DNA from: Octopus vulgaris
Lineage: Eukaryota
Assembly: GCA_951406725.2 (NCBI GenBank)
Contig: OX597814.1
Location: 137,330,001 to 137,394,000 of the forward strand
Direction of reading: 5' to 3'
DNA: 64,000 nt
A program made the translations under genes and the position numbers. Position 1 is the first letter of the stretch, and the number at the start of each line of letters is the position of its first letter. Of the stretch, positions 11,822-26,100 are shown piece after piece. The notes beneath the pieces are model-generated. The model saw only the letters and a program-made list of their open reading frames with translations, was not told the DNA's origin and did no database searches.

Positions 11822-13433
11822 ATTGTTTCTATTTTTCTTTTGTTAATATTCTCAGATTCTAAAAGGATTCTTAATTTAATAGGCTATTGTATCTTTTTGC
11901 TATTTAATATTTTTAAAGAAGCTGTGAATAAAATCATGCTAATCTTGAATTTTGGAATAATGTTATGAAATTTTCAAATATTTTGGAATAAATGGCTGTA
12001 AACATTGTTGTTAAGAGGATTTCATCTATATTTCTCAAAACATTGCTGTCAAAAGTATTCCATCTGTATTCTGTGCCTTTTACTATTTTTGTAGTTTCTA
12101 ACCAAAACAACCTGCAGTTGAGTTCACACATCACATATGTTTATATAAAAGTTATACGCTTTCAAAAATATGGTTTGCATAAATTCCGTTCTCACTCAGT
12201 AGCATATACATACATAATATATATCTATATCTATACCTACCTACCTCTCTATTTGTCTGTCTGTCTGAATACTGTATATGAAAGATAACTGTTCATCTAA
12301 GACATATTTACCAAAATAGATCTGAGAATTTTTAAATTTTTTATTTCTTAAATTATCTCACACCCTTTTTTTTCTGTGCATGTCATGTAAAAAGCATCTA
12401 GTACACTCTATAAAGTGGTTGTTGTTAAGAAGGGCATCCAGCTGTAGTAACCATGCCAGACAATAGAGCTTTGTGCAATCTTCTGACTTGCCAGCTCCTG
12501 TCAAACTGTCTAACCCATACCAGCATGGAAAAGAGACATTAAATGATGATGATGTGTTAGCAGATTATTTTCTTTATCTAGGAAATTTGGATACTTCTGT
12601 ATTTTCAGAACAACAGTATTTACAGCTAAGTGATTGCATCACACATCAATGGAATGAGTGTGAAATCATTCAATTTGACTATCAACAGAAGTTAGTGACT
12701 GTGACAAGGATTGATATCATGACCTTGTGATTAGTAACTTGTTCTTCAACTTCATATCAGAAAGTGAATAGACAATAATGATTTCTTTTAAGTAGCCATG
12801 GTGCTAGTTTTGCACCATCAATTAAGTAGATTTTATTAACAAATATCTAGCCCACCTTTATAGTATCAACAATGATACCATTGGCTTAAAGAAGCAATCC
12901 AGATACTCTATACAGCTGAAATATTAAGTTTATTTAAGCAAATCTAAGCTATCGTTTTTAGTTATTATTTTCAAGTTGAAATTACGATGTATTCGTGAAT
13001 TAGTGTTTTAGTATTCACATGTAAATTTATATTCCCAGCCATCATGTATTCTCTGAAATTTGAACTGGTTAGTAAAGTGTTCTGTATTGTTAACTACTCG
13101 TACAAGAAGTAATGAATTGGTAATGTTACTGCATCAGACACAACAAGTGTTACTGTTATTTCTTTCTCACAGCTCACATTCTTGGCATGATCCTGTGGTT
13201 ACTACTCTCTATTAAGGTCAAACAACTAACACTTCACCTGAGTATATGAGTCATTTCAAAGATAACACCCCAATGTCTCAGCCATTACTTGGTAATAAAT
13301 TTCTTGACATCCTCAAGTCAGATATACATTCCTTCAAGTGATTAATCTTGTGCCAAAGAAATCAATAATTCAGAGCTACAAATGGTGTATGATTATTTGG
13401 TGAATTGTCTGTAGCAAACTCTAGTGAACTTCC

Positions 13434-14790
13434 TGTTTATTATATATACATACATATGAATGTAGCAGATAACAGCTAACCTTTGGACCCGTGGTTGGTA
13501 TTGACACAATTTGTCTCTTACTCTATTGCATGCAACCCAACCAATCGCAGCCTCCAAATAAATCATGTGAGATAGTCTGTTCTAAACAGCATTTGAGTCT
13601 ACCATTAGCTATAAAAACTCACCTCCTCCTAGACTCGAGATCTGTTGGTTCCAGACCTTCTAAGGTCTACCCACTGACCACATTACAGCGACCTCCATCT
13701 TCATCACCACCATCATGTCTCTCACTAGTGTCGTCAACAACATCTACACAGCACCAACACAATGATTGGTTCTAACATATCGCTGTTCGTGAGCTTTCCT
13801 CACCAGGGTTAACAGCTAACATACAACACACGCAGATGCATGTAGATATATGGATAAATGTCCATCAACCACTTCCATTTATCATTCAGTTTGTGTATAT
13901 ATGTGTGGCCACATTAAACGTATTTAAAGTTACAATCTTGTTTATATATTCTTCATCTGGGTTTCCTACCAAATATTACAGCCTTCTGAGTAGAGTCACA
14001 TTAGATGGAATACAACCTAAACCATCTAAAATGGTGATCCTGACAAAACAACAACTTATCCTTCTATAATGGTGACCCCCAACGCAACATGGACACTTAC
14101 CCATCCATAATGGTGACTCACGATGTTCCAGACCACTAAACTAACTAAAATGGTGACAGCTATTCTTTTCAACAAGGAAAAGAGGGCATCTTTTTTCTGC
14201 GTAGTAGCCATGCTGAAAGAAACGGTATGGACGACACGAGTGAAAGGGATTGGGACAGGTCACTTCATCTCCGGATACGGCTTGGTAAGTTATTTCAACT
14301 TTCACCTGTCGAGAAAGATCCGTCTGGAGAAAAGGTGCCTGTCACAAAGTACATTCAGAAAAAGATGTATGTCTGTAGTAAGGAAGCTGAGGATGAATGG
14401 GGCCATGCTAGCATAGACAGTCAAGGCGAAAAGAAAAAAAAACGGCGGGTTAACCATAAAAAATAACCCGGAACATTATTTTATAAATTTTTAACTATAT
14501 AATATGTATACCTTTATAGGTAAATGAAGAAATTCTGTTGGTTCCAGACCTTCTAAGATCTAAACACTGACCACATTACAGCGACCTCCACTATCGTCGT
14601 CAACAACATCTACACAGCACAAACACTCCGACTGGTTCTAACACATCGCTGTTCATGAGCTTTCTTCACCAGGGTTAACAGCTAACATACAACCCACGCA
14701 GATGTATGTAGATATATAGATAAATGCCTATCAACCACTTACGTTTATCATTCAGTCTGTGTATGTACGCGTGGTCACATAAAAGGTACA
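13434..14790 (+). mobile_element. Degenerate Gypsy-type LTR element: LTR, tRNA-Trp PBS array, partial second LTR
   Basis: TG start; direct repeat 13641-13922 matches 14534-14790; TGGTGAC PBS-like copies at 14032-14160; homologous LTR copy from 17415. Confidence 0.65.
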
Positions 14791-14791
14791 T

Positions 14792-15358
14792 GGCGATCTT
14801 TCGTCTCTAGTAGACCTTTCCGTCGATTTCCGTAAAAAACTTTTATTTTTTTACATATGGGCTTGCGGGAACTTTTGAAGTAATGAGAGCGAAAGAGACT
14901 AAGAGAAAGCGATTTTATGACGAGGGAAGATCTTTTGAAGTTACCGTGCATGGGACGCATTGATGTACATGTGTGTGTGTTTGATGGGGTGTGGGAGACA
15001 GAAAGTATGTTGTGTAAGTGAAGTGCTTCTGTTAGTGTGTGTGAAGAGACAGAGAGTAATGTGTGAAAGAGAGAGATAACTGAAATTTTTTACTCGGTGT
15101 ATGTGTGTGTGTATGTATGTATGGCCGATTCTTTTTCTTACCATTTCACCATCGTCACATCAACAGAGACATTAAGGCTGCACAGTAACAGTCGACAAGG
15201 CATGTATAACGATTAAAAAAAAAATTTTGTCTATATCTTCGATCACTGTCATTATTCCATTGAGTCAACTTCATTATTTTCTAAATAGCAGACCGTTACA
15301 TAAACAGGCAAAGGTAATCTTTCATTTTAACTCGAAATAATGTAAACACTGAATTGGC

Positions 15359-15410
<52 letters not shown>

Positions 15411-15732
15411 TACACACATACACCGAGTAAAAAATTTCAGTTATCTCTCTCTTTCACACATTACTCTCTCTCTGTCTCTTAACACACACTAACAGAAGCA
15501 CTTCACTTACACAACATACTTTCTGTCTCCCACACCCTATCAAACACACACACATGTACATCAATGCGTCCCATGCACGGTAACTTCAAAAGATCTTCCC
15601 TCGTCATAAAATCGCTTTCTCTTAGTCTCTTTCGCTCTCATTACTTCAAAAGTTCCCGCAAGCCCATATGTAAAAAAATAAAAGTTTTTTACGGAAATCG
15701 ACGGAAAGGTCTACTAGAGACGAAAGATTGCC
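14792..15732. mobile_element. Fold-back element with very long, near-identical inverted arms
   Basis: Arms 14792-15131 and 15351-15732, about 220-bp spacer; ORFs 14775..14960(-) and 15564..15773(+) give the same peptide. Confidence 0.85.
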
Positions 15733-16075
15733 CAAAAGTCTGTAAAGTTGACAAACGAGGAAGTGTTGAATAAAATGCCATGCAGGATCTATTTTTAATC
15801 AGCTAGATTTCGAATTCAAATCCCGTATGGATATACATTACGTTTCGTCTCTCTGCGGTCAATTAAATAATTGCTAGTAACATACAAGCGACTATCAATT
15901 CAGCTCATTGACTCTCTTGATTTTATTTTGCCTAAGAAATCCTTCCATGATGTTTGTTTACGTTGTGGTGAGAGAAATGAAACATTTGCAACCTTCTGTT
16001 TAGAGTTATCTCCCTTCATTATTGCTGCTACAGACTCCAAAGAAATATTTTATATTTGTAAATTACTTCGAATAA

Positions 16076-16223
16076 ATGACGTCTGAGAATGACTTTTCCT
16101 TTGCTGATAGAGTGACCAAATGTGTATTGGGTCACTATGAAAAGTGCATTTCGCGACGCGGTAAACCTCGAATGGAAAGAGAATGGACATTATTAGCAGC
16201 TGTCGTTATGGTAAAACGATCAG
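16076..16223 (+). CDS. ADAT1: ADAT1 exon 1 ([13 protein letters not shown]...[14 protein letters not shown])
   Basis: ATG start; phase-1 donor CAG|GTTCTG is required by exon 2. Confidence 0.9.
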
Positions 16224-19035
16224 GTTCTGTCCGTTTTTTTTTTTTCATGTCTTCAATTAATTTTTATTATTTACGTTTGCAATGCAATTCCTTAATCTCT
16301 AATCTCTGACTTCATAAAAACTGTAGCTCCTATCTATAATCGTACCATTACACTCCTCTTATGCATAATCGATAGATCATGTGTTTTCAAAAACGAAGTT
16401 ATTTTGGTTAATGTTTAACCGTTATTTTTATCAGTCTTTCGAAAATAATTTATCTTCTCTGAAATTATCATCGTTTAATACAGAAATTCTGTATAAAGTT
16501 TTTAGCTAGGTAGAAAAACCCTAAAGTTTAGATACGTAGGGAAACTGGGTTGTGAGACTGGAGTCTTTCGTATCAGACATGTGAAAATAAGTTCGTGCGG
16601 GGATCGAAACCGAGTTGTAAATTTGGCTTATGGAGGACGGAGGCTTACTTTTATACTTCGTCGTGTACCACTCGGCAGATCGTTCTTTCGGGATAGTGAG
16701 GTACAAGCGAGAGCTATTAAATACATATAATATTGACCCGCGATTTTAACAACCCGAAAGATATTGGAAACGAGGTCAGATTTTACTTCGAGACGTCTAT
16801 CTGGAATGGAAATATTTGGAAATACCAAACTGAATCCATTCATGTGTGAACAAACAGCAAGTTAGCATGTCGACATGTTGTTTACAATTATAATATTATG
16901 GTATATCCATCATATGTTCCACCACGTTACAACACTCGCTACTAAGCCGTATGTAATGTTTATAATGGAACGGAAGGTTTATGATACATGTGGAGTATCT
17001 CCTCACTATAATTATTTTTGTAATTTCAAGGAGCTGGAACGGGTCACCAATTTGTAATGTCCATGCGGAGCGAGGTGACGAGAATGGCTCCTTAGTACAT
17101 CACACGGTCGATACAATAAATATAAATAGAATAATGCATATATGTGCCAAAGGGAAAAAAGAAACACAAACGGGTAGGATGTTTAAGAGAAGATTTATTA
17201 ACATGTTAACATGTGTGATTATGTGTGCGTCGTATATACAAAATAATAGACAGGCCGTCGTAAGACGTATGCGTGTTAAGGATGGTGATGCAGAAGAGAC
17301 AGTGAAAGAGTCTATAGCCATCGAAGTGAGGAGTAAGTTCATAGACGCAAGAATGATAAATACCAGTTCGTAGTCAATTGTGTAGCGTACACTTGAGGGA
17401 AATTCCTCTCTCCCTGTTATATATACATAAATACGGACATAGCAGATAACAGCTAGCCTTCGGCCGCCCTTTTGGACCCTGTTGTGTCCACTACTCTGAT
17501 TGGTTGGTATTGGCGCAATTTGTCTCTTGCTCTATTGTGTACCAATATGCAACCTAACCAATCGCAGTCTTCAAATAAGATCACGTAAGACAGTCTCTTC
17601 TAAACCTCAGTTTGAGCTGACTGCTCACTATAAAATTCCAGCTTCACACCGTCTCAAAGTCTTTCGGTTCCAGACCTTTTGAGGTCTAGCCACTGACCAA
17701 CAGGACACAGCGGGTTCCAGTGACAACACAACAGCAGCCACATGGAAACCCTTCAACTTCGTCTAACAGCATTTGACGACCTTCATCTCTGTCATCACCA
17801 TTTGTCCTAACATCAACATCATCTCTCTACATACACAGCAACCAACAACACACACACAGGTTCTAACACAACACTGTTTGTGAATTACTTCACCATGGTT
17901 AGCAGCAAATACAACCTACATGAACTCCTGTACCAAGTGACCGGCAGTAGCATCCAGTCACAACTTCACGTACAACATGTACCTCAACAAGCTCTGCTTC
18001 TTCACTGCAACTTCTCAATACCGATTTCCAACTATTGTGTACAATTGACTACGAACTGATATTTCTCATTCTTGTGTCTACACTCTTTCAAGCTCTGCTG
18101 GCCACAGCATTTGCTCCATTCTGCTCATGCTCTCATCCGTCTCCTCCACATTTTTCTAAACATCTTTCTTAAATTATCTTCCCGCCTGACTGGAGGTCTT
18201 CTGAGTGGTCTTTTCACATCGCTCTAAATCCTGTCTTATCTCATAACTTCAAAATTACAGTGACATGATAATATATTTTTGGAATGACATTGTAGGGTTG
18301 GTGTAAGAGGCCAGTTCCAGCAAGTTTGAACATAAAACAGATAGAATATTTGGGCCAGATACAGCAGGTTTAAATGCTAAAGGGTTAATAAGAGATTATC
18401 AATCTGGAAAAAATACTTGAGCTCTCTGCTAATTGCAAACATCAGGCTAACAAAAGATTTTTTTGATTGATATAGAACTCTTGGAAAGCCTAAGATGAGA
18501 TCTGAAGTTGAAGCCCATTACCAAGTTAATATAGTATGTTTTCACAGAATGATATACAAGAAAAGGCATAAATAATGGGCTTTATACATTTATTTATTTG
18601 TGCATTATAGACGTACAGCTGTTTCTCATGTGCTTTTTAGGTGCGTTCATGGTTCTCTTTACTCAATTGGTTGATTGATCAATTGCAAAAAGTGAACAGC
18701 CATTAAAGACACTATTGTCTTTGGTGTCTGCACATCAATTGCCAAAGTAAATGAAAACAAAAGTAATAAAGGTATGGAAAGAGGAGGAAAGAAGAAACTA
18801 GGAAGGAGAGGGGTGGGAAGCTGGTCACTGTTGTATCTACATGGAGTTAGGTCATTCTTTTCTAGCCATCAGTCTTAGTCTATTGTAGTCTCTTATTATG
18901 GTTGAATAGTATCACCATAAGGTATTGAAGTTTAATACCCATCAACTCCTCTTGTGGTCATCTTTTGGTGAAATTTTATATGTAGGTCATTGCTTTTGGA
19001 TTACTACAATAGTGAGTAAACAAAATTATGAACAC

Positions 19036-19074
<39 letters not shown>

Positions 19075-20062
19075 ATTCAAAAGTCCCTTTATTATTAATA
19101 TAAACTAACAGCCATGATCATTTGAGTTTCTTAATGTATGTCTTGTCTCTATTCCTCTCTCACCTCCAGTCTCTTCACTACAACATTCATCAACCTTCTC
19201 ACTGCATTTATTAACCATCCTTGATCACAGCAACATTTGATGCTATGGCTCAAAGATACCAGGGTAGCTAATCTCACTGCCCTATAGCTGATCTATTCAC
19301 TATAAATTAGCAAAAGTAGTGTCAGGAGCATATGCAAACAAAATTGTTGCAAAATAAAAAATATATTTTGTATATCATTTAAATGTCAACAAAATATTAT
19401 TCCTCACGAAAGGGAAAAATATCTTGTAATAATTGCAACATCTAACAGTATTAGAAAAAGTATTCACAATATCTTTAATAATGTCATTAACTTGTGCAAT
19501 AACTATTTTGGGATTGGTTTCAATTTTCAGATGGAGAACTAAATCTCAAAACTGTTGCTTTAGGAACCGGAACCAAATGTATTGGGCAATCCAAAATGAG
19601 TAAAAATGGTAAATATCAATCTATGAAAATATTTTACTTTTAATCTCTTACAGGCAAAAGTTACATATATCTTTTTCCTTCTATCTTTCACTTGTTTCAG
19701 TCATTGAACTGCAGCCATGCTGGAGCACCACTTTGAAGAGTTTAGACAAGAAAATCACTGCCCACAGTGCCTATTTTTAAATCTGGTACTTATTCTATCA
19801 CTCCCTTGTTCTGAACCACTAAGTTTTAGAGGGACGTAAACAAACCAACACTAGTTTTCAAATGGTTGTGGGGACAAACACAATGACACACACAAATACA
19901 CTTACACACACACATACACGTATATATATATTATTTAATAAACACCAAGTGCTGCCTGAAACTAACAGTAGCACATAAAAGCATATATTGTCTATTAAAT
20001 AATATTTATCTCACACAGGTGGGGTATTTTTTTGTTGATTTTCCCATCACAGAACAGTACAC

Positions 20063-20104
<42 letters not shown>

Positions 20105-23100
20105 TACATATATATACATATACATCACACATTCACACTTGTGTCTGTGCTTATTAAATTTTTTTATTTTTACTGCCTTATGACTGTTTTGCTGTATTAA
20201 TAGAGGCAGGGTGGCATTTTGGTGAATTTTGTAAATTCGCATGTTGTTGGAGCAAATTACAATTAACTACAGAACTTAGTAGTAGCAGCAGATGAATGTT
20301 TCTTAGTTAACCAAACAGGTGTCTTTCTTTAGACTTTAATAATGGAAGGCAAGGTTTACAATATCGAAAGAATATTGTCTCCTTCCATCATCCTTTTGTT
20401 CTTCAAGAAGTTCAAGCTTTCGGCAGGCAAAGAGAGAAAAGACTTCAAGCACAAAATGCTATGTACAACTGGTTTATTTACAGGAAAGGTGAAGTGTGCT
20501 GCTCTCAGCTACCATCTTAAGCTCCGATAGTGTAGACGCATTGCCTCTGGAGATAGACAGGCAGAAAGCCTCAGCCAGTGGTGGTGTCCACAAAGTGGCA
20601 CCAAAAAGAGGCAGGTCTGAACCAGTTTTCCATTTATATAGTTTCCATCACAAGCCTCGTTGTGATCTCGTGCATAGCAAATGGATGCAGGTGAGGTCTC
20701 GCTCCAGTCTCGGAGATGGCACTGGCTGCTTGTGCCGCTTCAAGACCATACCAGCACTATAAGCTGTAAAATGATTTGGACCCATGACCATGTATTCAGA
20801 TGATTATTTATGTTATGGTGTGGCCACTAGCATAGCTAGAGTGCATGCTGCCCAGGGTTGCCCTTCTGTTTGGGCCTCTGGACCCCACAAAAAACACATA
20901 TTGCCTACAGCAGACCCAAAAGTGCCGCCCTCACCCCAGCTATGCTAGTGGATATGGCTGTGTGGTTAAGAAGCAAGCTTGCTTTTTAATTCCATGTGGT
21001 TTTGGGTTCAGTTCTACTGTGTAGCATCTTAGGTAAATGTGTTCTACTATAGCCCCAGGTCAACCAATGTCTTGTGAGTGAATTTGAGGGATGGAAAGTA
21101 CGTGGAAGCTTGTCGTGTGTGTGCGTGCATGTGTGTTTGTGTCTGTCCCTGTCCCACCATTTAACAACTGGTGTTGGTTTGTTTATGTCCCCATAACTTA
21201 GCAGTTCAGTAAAAGAGACCAATAAAAGCACCAGACTTAAAAAATGTGATCAATCTGTTTGACTAGAACCATTCAAGGCAGTGCCTCCAGCTTAGCCACA
21301 CCCCAATGATGCAAATAAGTAAAAAGCCAAAGATAAAAGATATAATAAAATTGTCATAAAATATGTAACACCTGGTTTGATTTATTAAAATTAATTCAGC
21401 TGCTAGCTTAATATATATTTTCTAGGTGATGTCCTTAATGACAGCCATGCTGAAGTTATAGCAAGGAGAGCATTTCTTCGGTAATTATTTGTTTTAGTTA
21501 CTCTTGATCAATTTTATAACTCTGTCTTACAAATTACTCAGTGACACTAATAAATGACAATGTGATTACTATATGATAGCATTGATTGTTCTAGATACAG
21601 GGAAGTAGCAAAGTGTAAGGGTAATTTTCTGGCAAACTGAGTTCCCTAACTGGTTTTAATCCTTTACTGGAGCTATTTTGCCACCTTCTCCTCCCTAATA
21701 CAACCCCACTTATTTAGTTGTAGGGTATTTTTCTTTTTCTGTCTTACAACTTATTTGATCTCACTAGTGCATGAAAAAGCACCTAGTACATGGTGTAAGG
21801 TGGCTGGCATTAGGAAGGGCATCCAGCTGTAGAAACCATCCCAAAGTTAACAATGGAGCTTGGTGCAATCTGCAGCTTGCTGGATCCTATCAAACTGTCC
21901 AACCCATGGGAAACAGACTTTAAATGATGATGATAATGATGCTAATATCCTCAAGAAAGACATGAACATCACAGCCTCTCATTTCTCCTAAACACTAAAG
22001 CTTTGCACAGATGTAATAAATTGATACTTCTAGCTTCAGGGTTGAAGAATGTCACAAATACCTAAGATTCTCATCTGTGTTCCTCTTTACTAGGGACTGA
22101 ATACTCATTTATTATCATGCACTTAGAAACCATTATAAATAAACTCATAATATTGCATAAACTTCATAATGTTAATGTTTTCTTTAAATCAATAATGATG
22201 TGATATTTAGAGAAAATAAGCTTCATAACAATTCTGTAATGTTACCTTGTTTATGATAACACTTTCACTTTTTTTTTTGTTTTATTCCAGAAACTTTGTT
22301 GTTGTTTAATCTTGATTCAGTTCTCACCAACTTGTCTTTTTGTATATTAGTAACTACATTGTTCAATGTGTTCTTTTTTTAAAGACAGTAACTTTGTTGC
22401 TATTTCTGACATATTGATGTTTTAAAACATTTGTGATAATTAGTTCACCTCTTATGAAGTATCTCTGTAGGTTTGTTAATTCCTGACTGCATTTGCAAAT
22501 TTTATCTCTGATTGTAAACCATTAGACAGATATTAACCCATATCTTTTCAGTTTATTGGTGGAATAAGACAAACAGAATTAAGTCCTTGCATAATGATAG
22601 AATACAGTATCAGTGATTGTATATGAACAAAGCACCCGCACTCTGAGAGTGTGAATGCTTTGCTATCTTTGACAGTGTGGAAAATTGTCATGTCTTTTCT
22701 ATACTGGACCTTTTGAGACTGCCCCTGGTTCTATGATACAAACTCCCTGTTTTAAAGAAATCCAAATTAAAAGGTTCCATTAAAATGTCATGTAAATTTA
22801 TGTTCCAACACCAACTGAATTATGACAGTTATTTTACTGAATTCTTCATTGCTTTCAAAATTTATTGAAATAAACACAGTGCATTTCAACAGAAATATGG
22901 TAACAAAAAAGTAAATAAAAGACGATTTTAAACTTTAAATGAGTTTAACTCCACAGTAAAGAAAGAAGAATTGTACAGGTCAGGCCAGACACGGGGACAT
23001 GCACTTTTGCAGCATGTTGCTGCATTCACCATTCGTTGGTATATTCCTAGGGCCTCCCAGGTAACCCATCAAGTAGAATCCCAGTCAGTCTCCGTCTCCA

Positions 23101-26100
23101 TAACATTACCTCCACATCTACTGTGACCATGTGGCATGTGATCAACAACATGAGCTGTCAATCCAGCTGGATCCAAAGGGAAGAGACCACAGCAAGCAGG
23201 GTCTAACTTGGAAAATTGAGCAACATGGCTAAACAGTCTGAACTGACACTCCTAAATCAGGACATGTCTCAGTTTCTGAGTAAAGTCATTAAATGGATAC
23301 AAAATCCAACCAACTGTAACCCATAACCCTGCAAAGGGTCCTGAGACCAAAGGTCTTTAAACTTCTACAGCAGTGTCCAAGTCTTGCACCTATAGAGCAG
23401 TATAGGGAGGATCAGAGACCTAAAACTCTAAACCTTTGTCCTTCTGCGCAGATATCAGCAGCACCAAACACCCTTGTCCATGAGTACACAACTGCACCAC
23501 CTTGTCCAAGTCTTTTTAGGACTTTAGACTCAGCTAATGCTGCTATGAATCTCACTGCTGAAATGGTCAACAATTTTGACCATTTTCACCTGCAACAGAG
23601 ACAGACGTGGTGGAGTCCTCCAAGAAGCCAACAAAGGACTGGAGTTTCGTCTTGACCCAAGAGACTCTAAGGCCAAATGGTTCTGTTTCCTCATTTAGTG
23701 AAAGGAGAGCACTCCTTAAGACATCCAAAGACTCAGTAAGAATAAGTACATCATTAGCAAATCTAGGTCTATAATCCTAGTTTCACCTATCAGTGCACCA
23801 CAACTTGCTTGAGCCACCATTCAGCCAAGTATCCAGCCTATGCAGGCATAGAACAGATGCAAAATATCCTATCTTCTTTTTACTAAAGAGATAGGAGCAA
23901 CAGAGGTAAAAAGTTTTACTAATATTTCATGATGGATGGCAGGGCTGAATACGTGTCAGTTTGAGAGCCCCTGCTCATTGATGTCTTTTTAAAATTCATA
24001 TCTAACCTAAAAATGCACTGTCTAACACACAACAAACTAAACACATTTAATCAACTAAATACTTTTCCAAATTATACCATAACATTCTGAAACTTATACT
24101 CTTGTGTTCTCACCAATAACTAATCTCAAATTATTTAAACTGAATCATAACAATTTTAGCATCATATCCACAATCAGAGAAGACTGAAATGGTTATGGGC
24201 ACTCTTTCTTCTCTCTTCATCCTTCCTCTTTGTCCAGACCTTTTATCCTTATTTCTTTGTATTCTTTTTATCTCTTCACTTCTTCTTATTCCTCGTTCTC
24301 CCATTTCTTCCTCTTCTGTACTGCACCTCCCTCTGTTTCTCATCTCCCTCTTTTTACCCTTTTCCTTCTTCAGTTCTTCCTCTTTCTCCTCCTCACTTTA
24401 ACCCCCACTCCACTGTACTTCTTCCTTATCTTTTATCTCTCCCACCACTAATTCTAAACCCCTTAGGTAACCAATGAATATAGGCTTTACATACTATGAG
24501 TATTGTATATCTATATTACTTAAACAATTTCCTCACTTGCAGGTTCCTTTATCATGAGATATCATTGGTTTATAATGGGGAAGAGAGTGAAGTGTTTGTG
24601 TTGCCAGCTTCAAAAGCACACAATCAATGTCTACTTAAAAATAATGTTGAATTTCAATTTTTCATGAGCAGTACACCATGTAAGTATTATGTATCTTCAC
24701 TATCATCAATACCATCACAATTGTCAAAACCACCACCATCACCATCATCATCATCATCATCATTTTGACCTGTTTTTTATACTTGCATGGGTTGGGTAGG
24801 TCTTCTCCAGCACAGTATCTCACCAATGGTTGAAGCCCCTTCTTTGACTGTAACTCATATCAGTTCTCAGTAAACTGAGACTTGTTTGGTGAAATTTATA
24901 TTTCTTGGATGTCTTATTGTTCTACAAACATAATTCTTCTTGATCCTGAATTCTGTTATAGGTTAGGGATGGTATACCTCTCAGGGTCTGTGGCAGTCAC
25001 TGCTGAGTATGAATGGCAATTTTAGGAATGATTTGTCATTGCTCTTACTAATGAAATGGGTTGATCATTTCAAATTGATGAAGAAGTAAGGAATGGTGTG
25101 GGGTTTGCTAAATTGATACAGTCAGTTGTGGCTTTGCTTTCTTTAGCTGTGTAAATGGTATTGGTGGATTCCTATGTGCTGGTGATGGTGCACTGAGTTG
25201 AAGTGTTGTAGGTGTCAGTGGACGTGGGGCATGGATGGTAGCTGGAGGATTTTAAGCTGAGTCAGATTTGTTGTTCAGTTGCTGTAGCAATTTATTTGAA
25301 GACTATTTATTTAAAGGGTTTTGTATGCAGGTAAGATGAAATGTTTCCTGCTTTTTATCAAGAACATTTGTTATTAGCTTCTTCATAACTCATAGATTAC
25401 ATCTGTTACCTCAGCTGTTGTACTTTTTAGACTTAGATGCTTCATCTTATGGAAGAATCCTTTAGTCACCAGAGAAATTTAGACAGTGGATGAGTGACCA
25501 AGACCTTTGGCATTATGCCGTGCTTGAGAAGAAGACCGATCAAGCCAAGTAAAATCATAGTCCTGGCAGATATTGATGTCATGCAAATGGCAACTGTGCC
25601 AGTGGCATGTAAAAGTACCCATTACACTCTCGGAATGGTTCGTGTTAGGAAGGGCATCCAACTATAGAAACCATGCCAGATCAGACTGGAGTTGGTGCAG
25701 CCTTCCAGCTTACCAGCCCTGGTCAAACTACCCAACTCATACCAGCATGGACAATGGACAGTAAATGGAGGAGGAGGAGGAGAAGAAGAAGAAGAAGACG
25801 CCGCCACCGATGACGACCAAGAAGAAGTCATCGTCATCGTCATCAAATTGTTTTTTTCTGTTTGTGAGCAAGGTGATATATTACATATACCTGGATTGAA
25901 GGTGTTTCTGGTGAAGCACATGTGTAATTTCAGGGCTTCATCAGTGTCTGTGACATCATTTCTGCATACCAGTTAATTCTCATGACATCTGTTGTTTATG
26001 CAACAGTTGGTTGAGCATCTTAAGTTACAAAGGTGTTTGAGTGATGCAGTGGTTAAAAGTTTGTAATCTTATGTTACCTAGATAACTGTAGTTAACTTTC

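Noticed and set aside
14026-14160. CRISPR-like repeat-spacer appearance
   Set aside because: Eukaryotic DNA, short degenerate repeats, partly similar linkers and no cas genes; better explained as PBS-containing tandem units.
15564-15773. Apparent duplicated small protein MRPMHGNFKRSS on both strands
   Set aside because: A by-product of the inverted repeat arms; no protein family resemblance or splice context.
15871-16086. Upstream ORF overlapping the ADAT1 ATG
   Set aside because: Non-ATG start, no homology, and the transcription start is unknown.
24131-24451. ORFs over a pyrimidine-rich tract
   Set aside because: Low-complexity intronic sequence.
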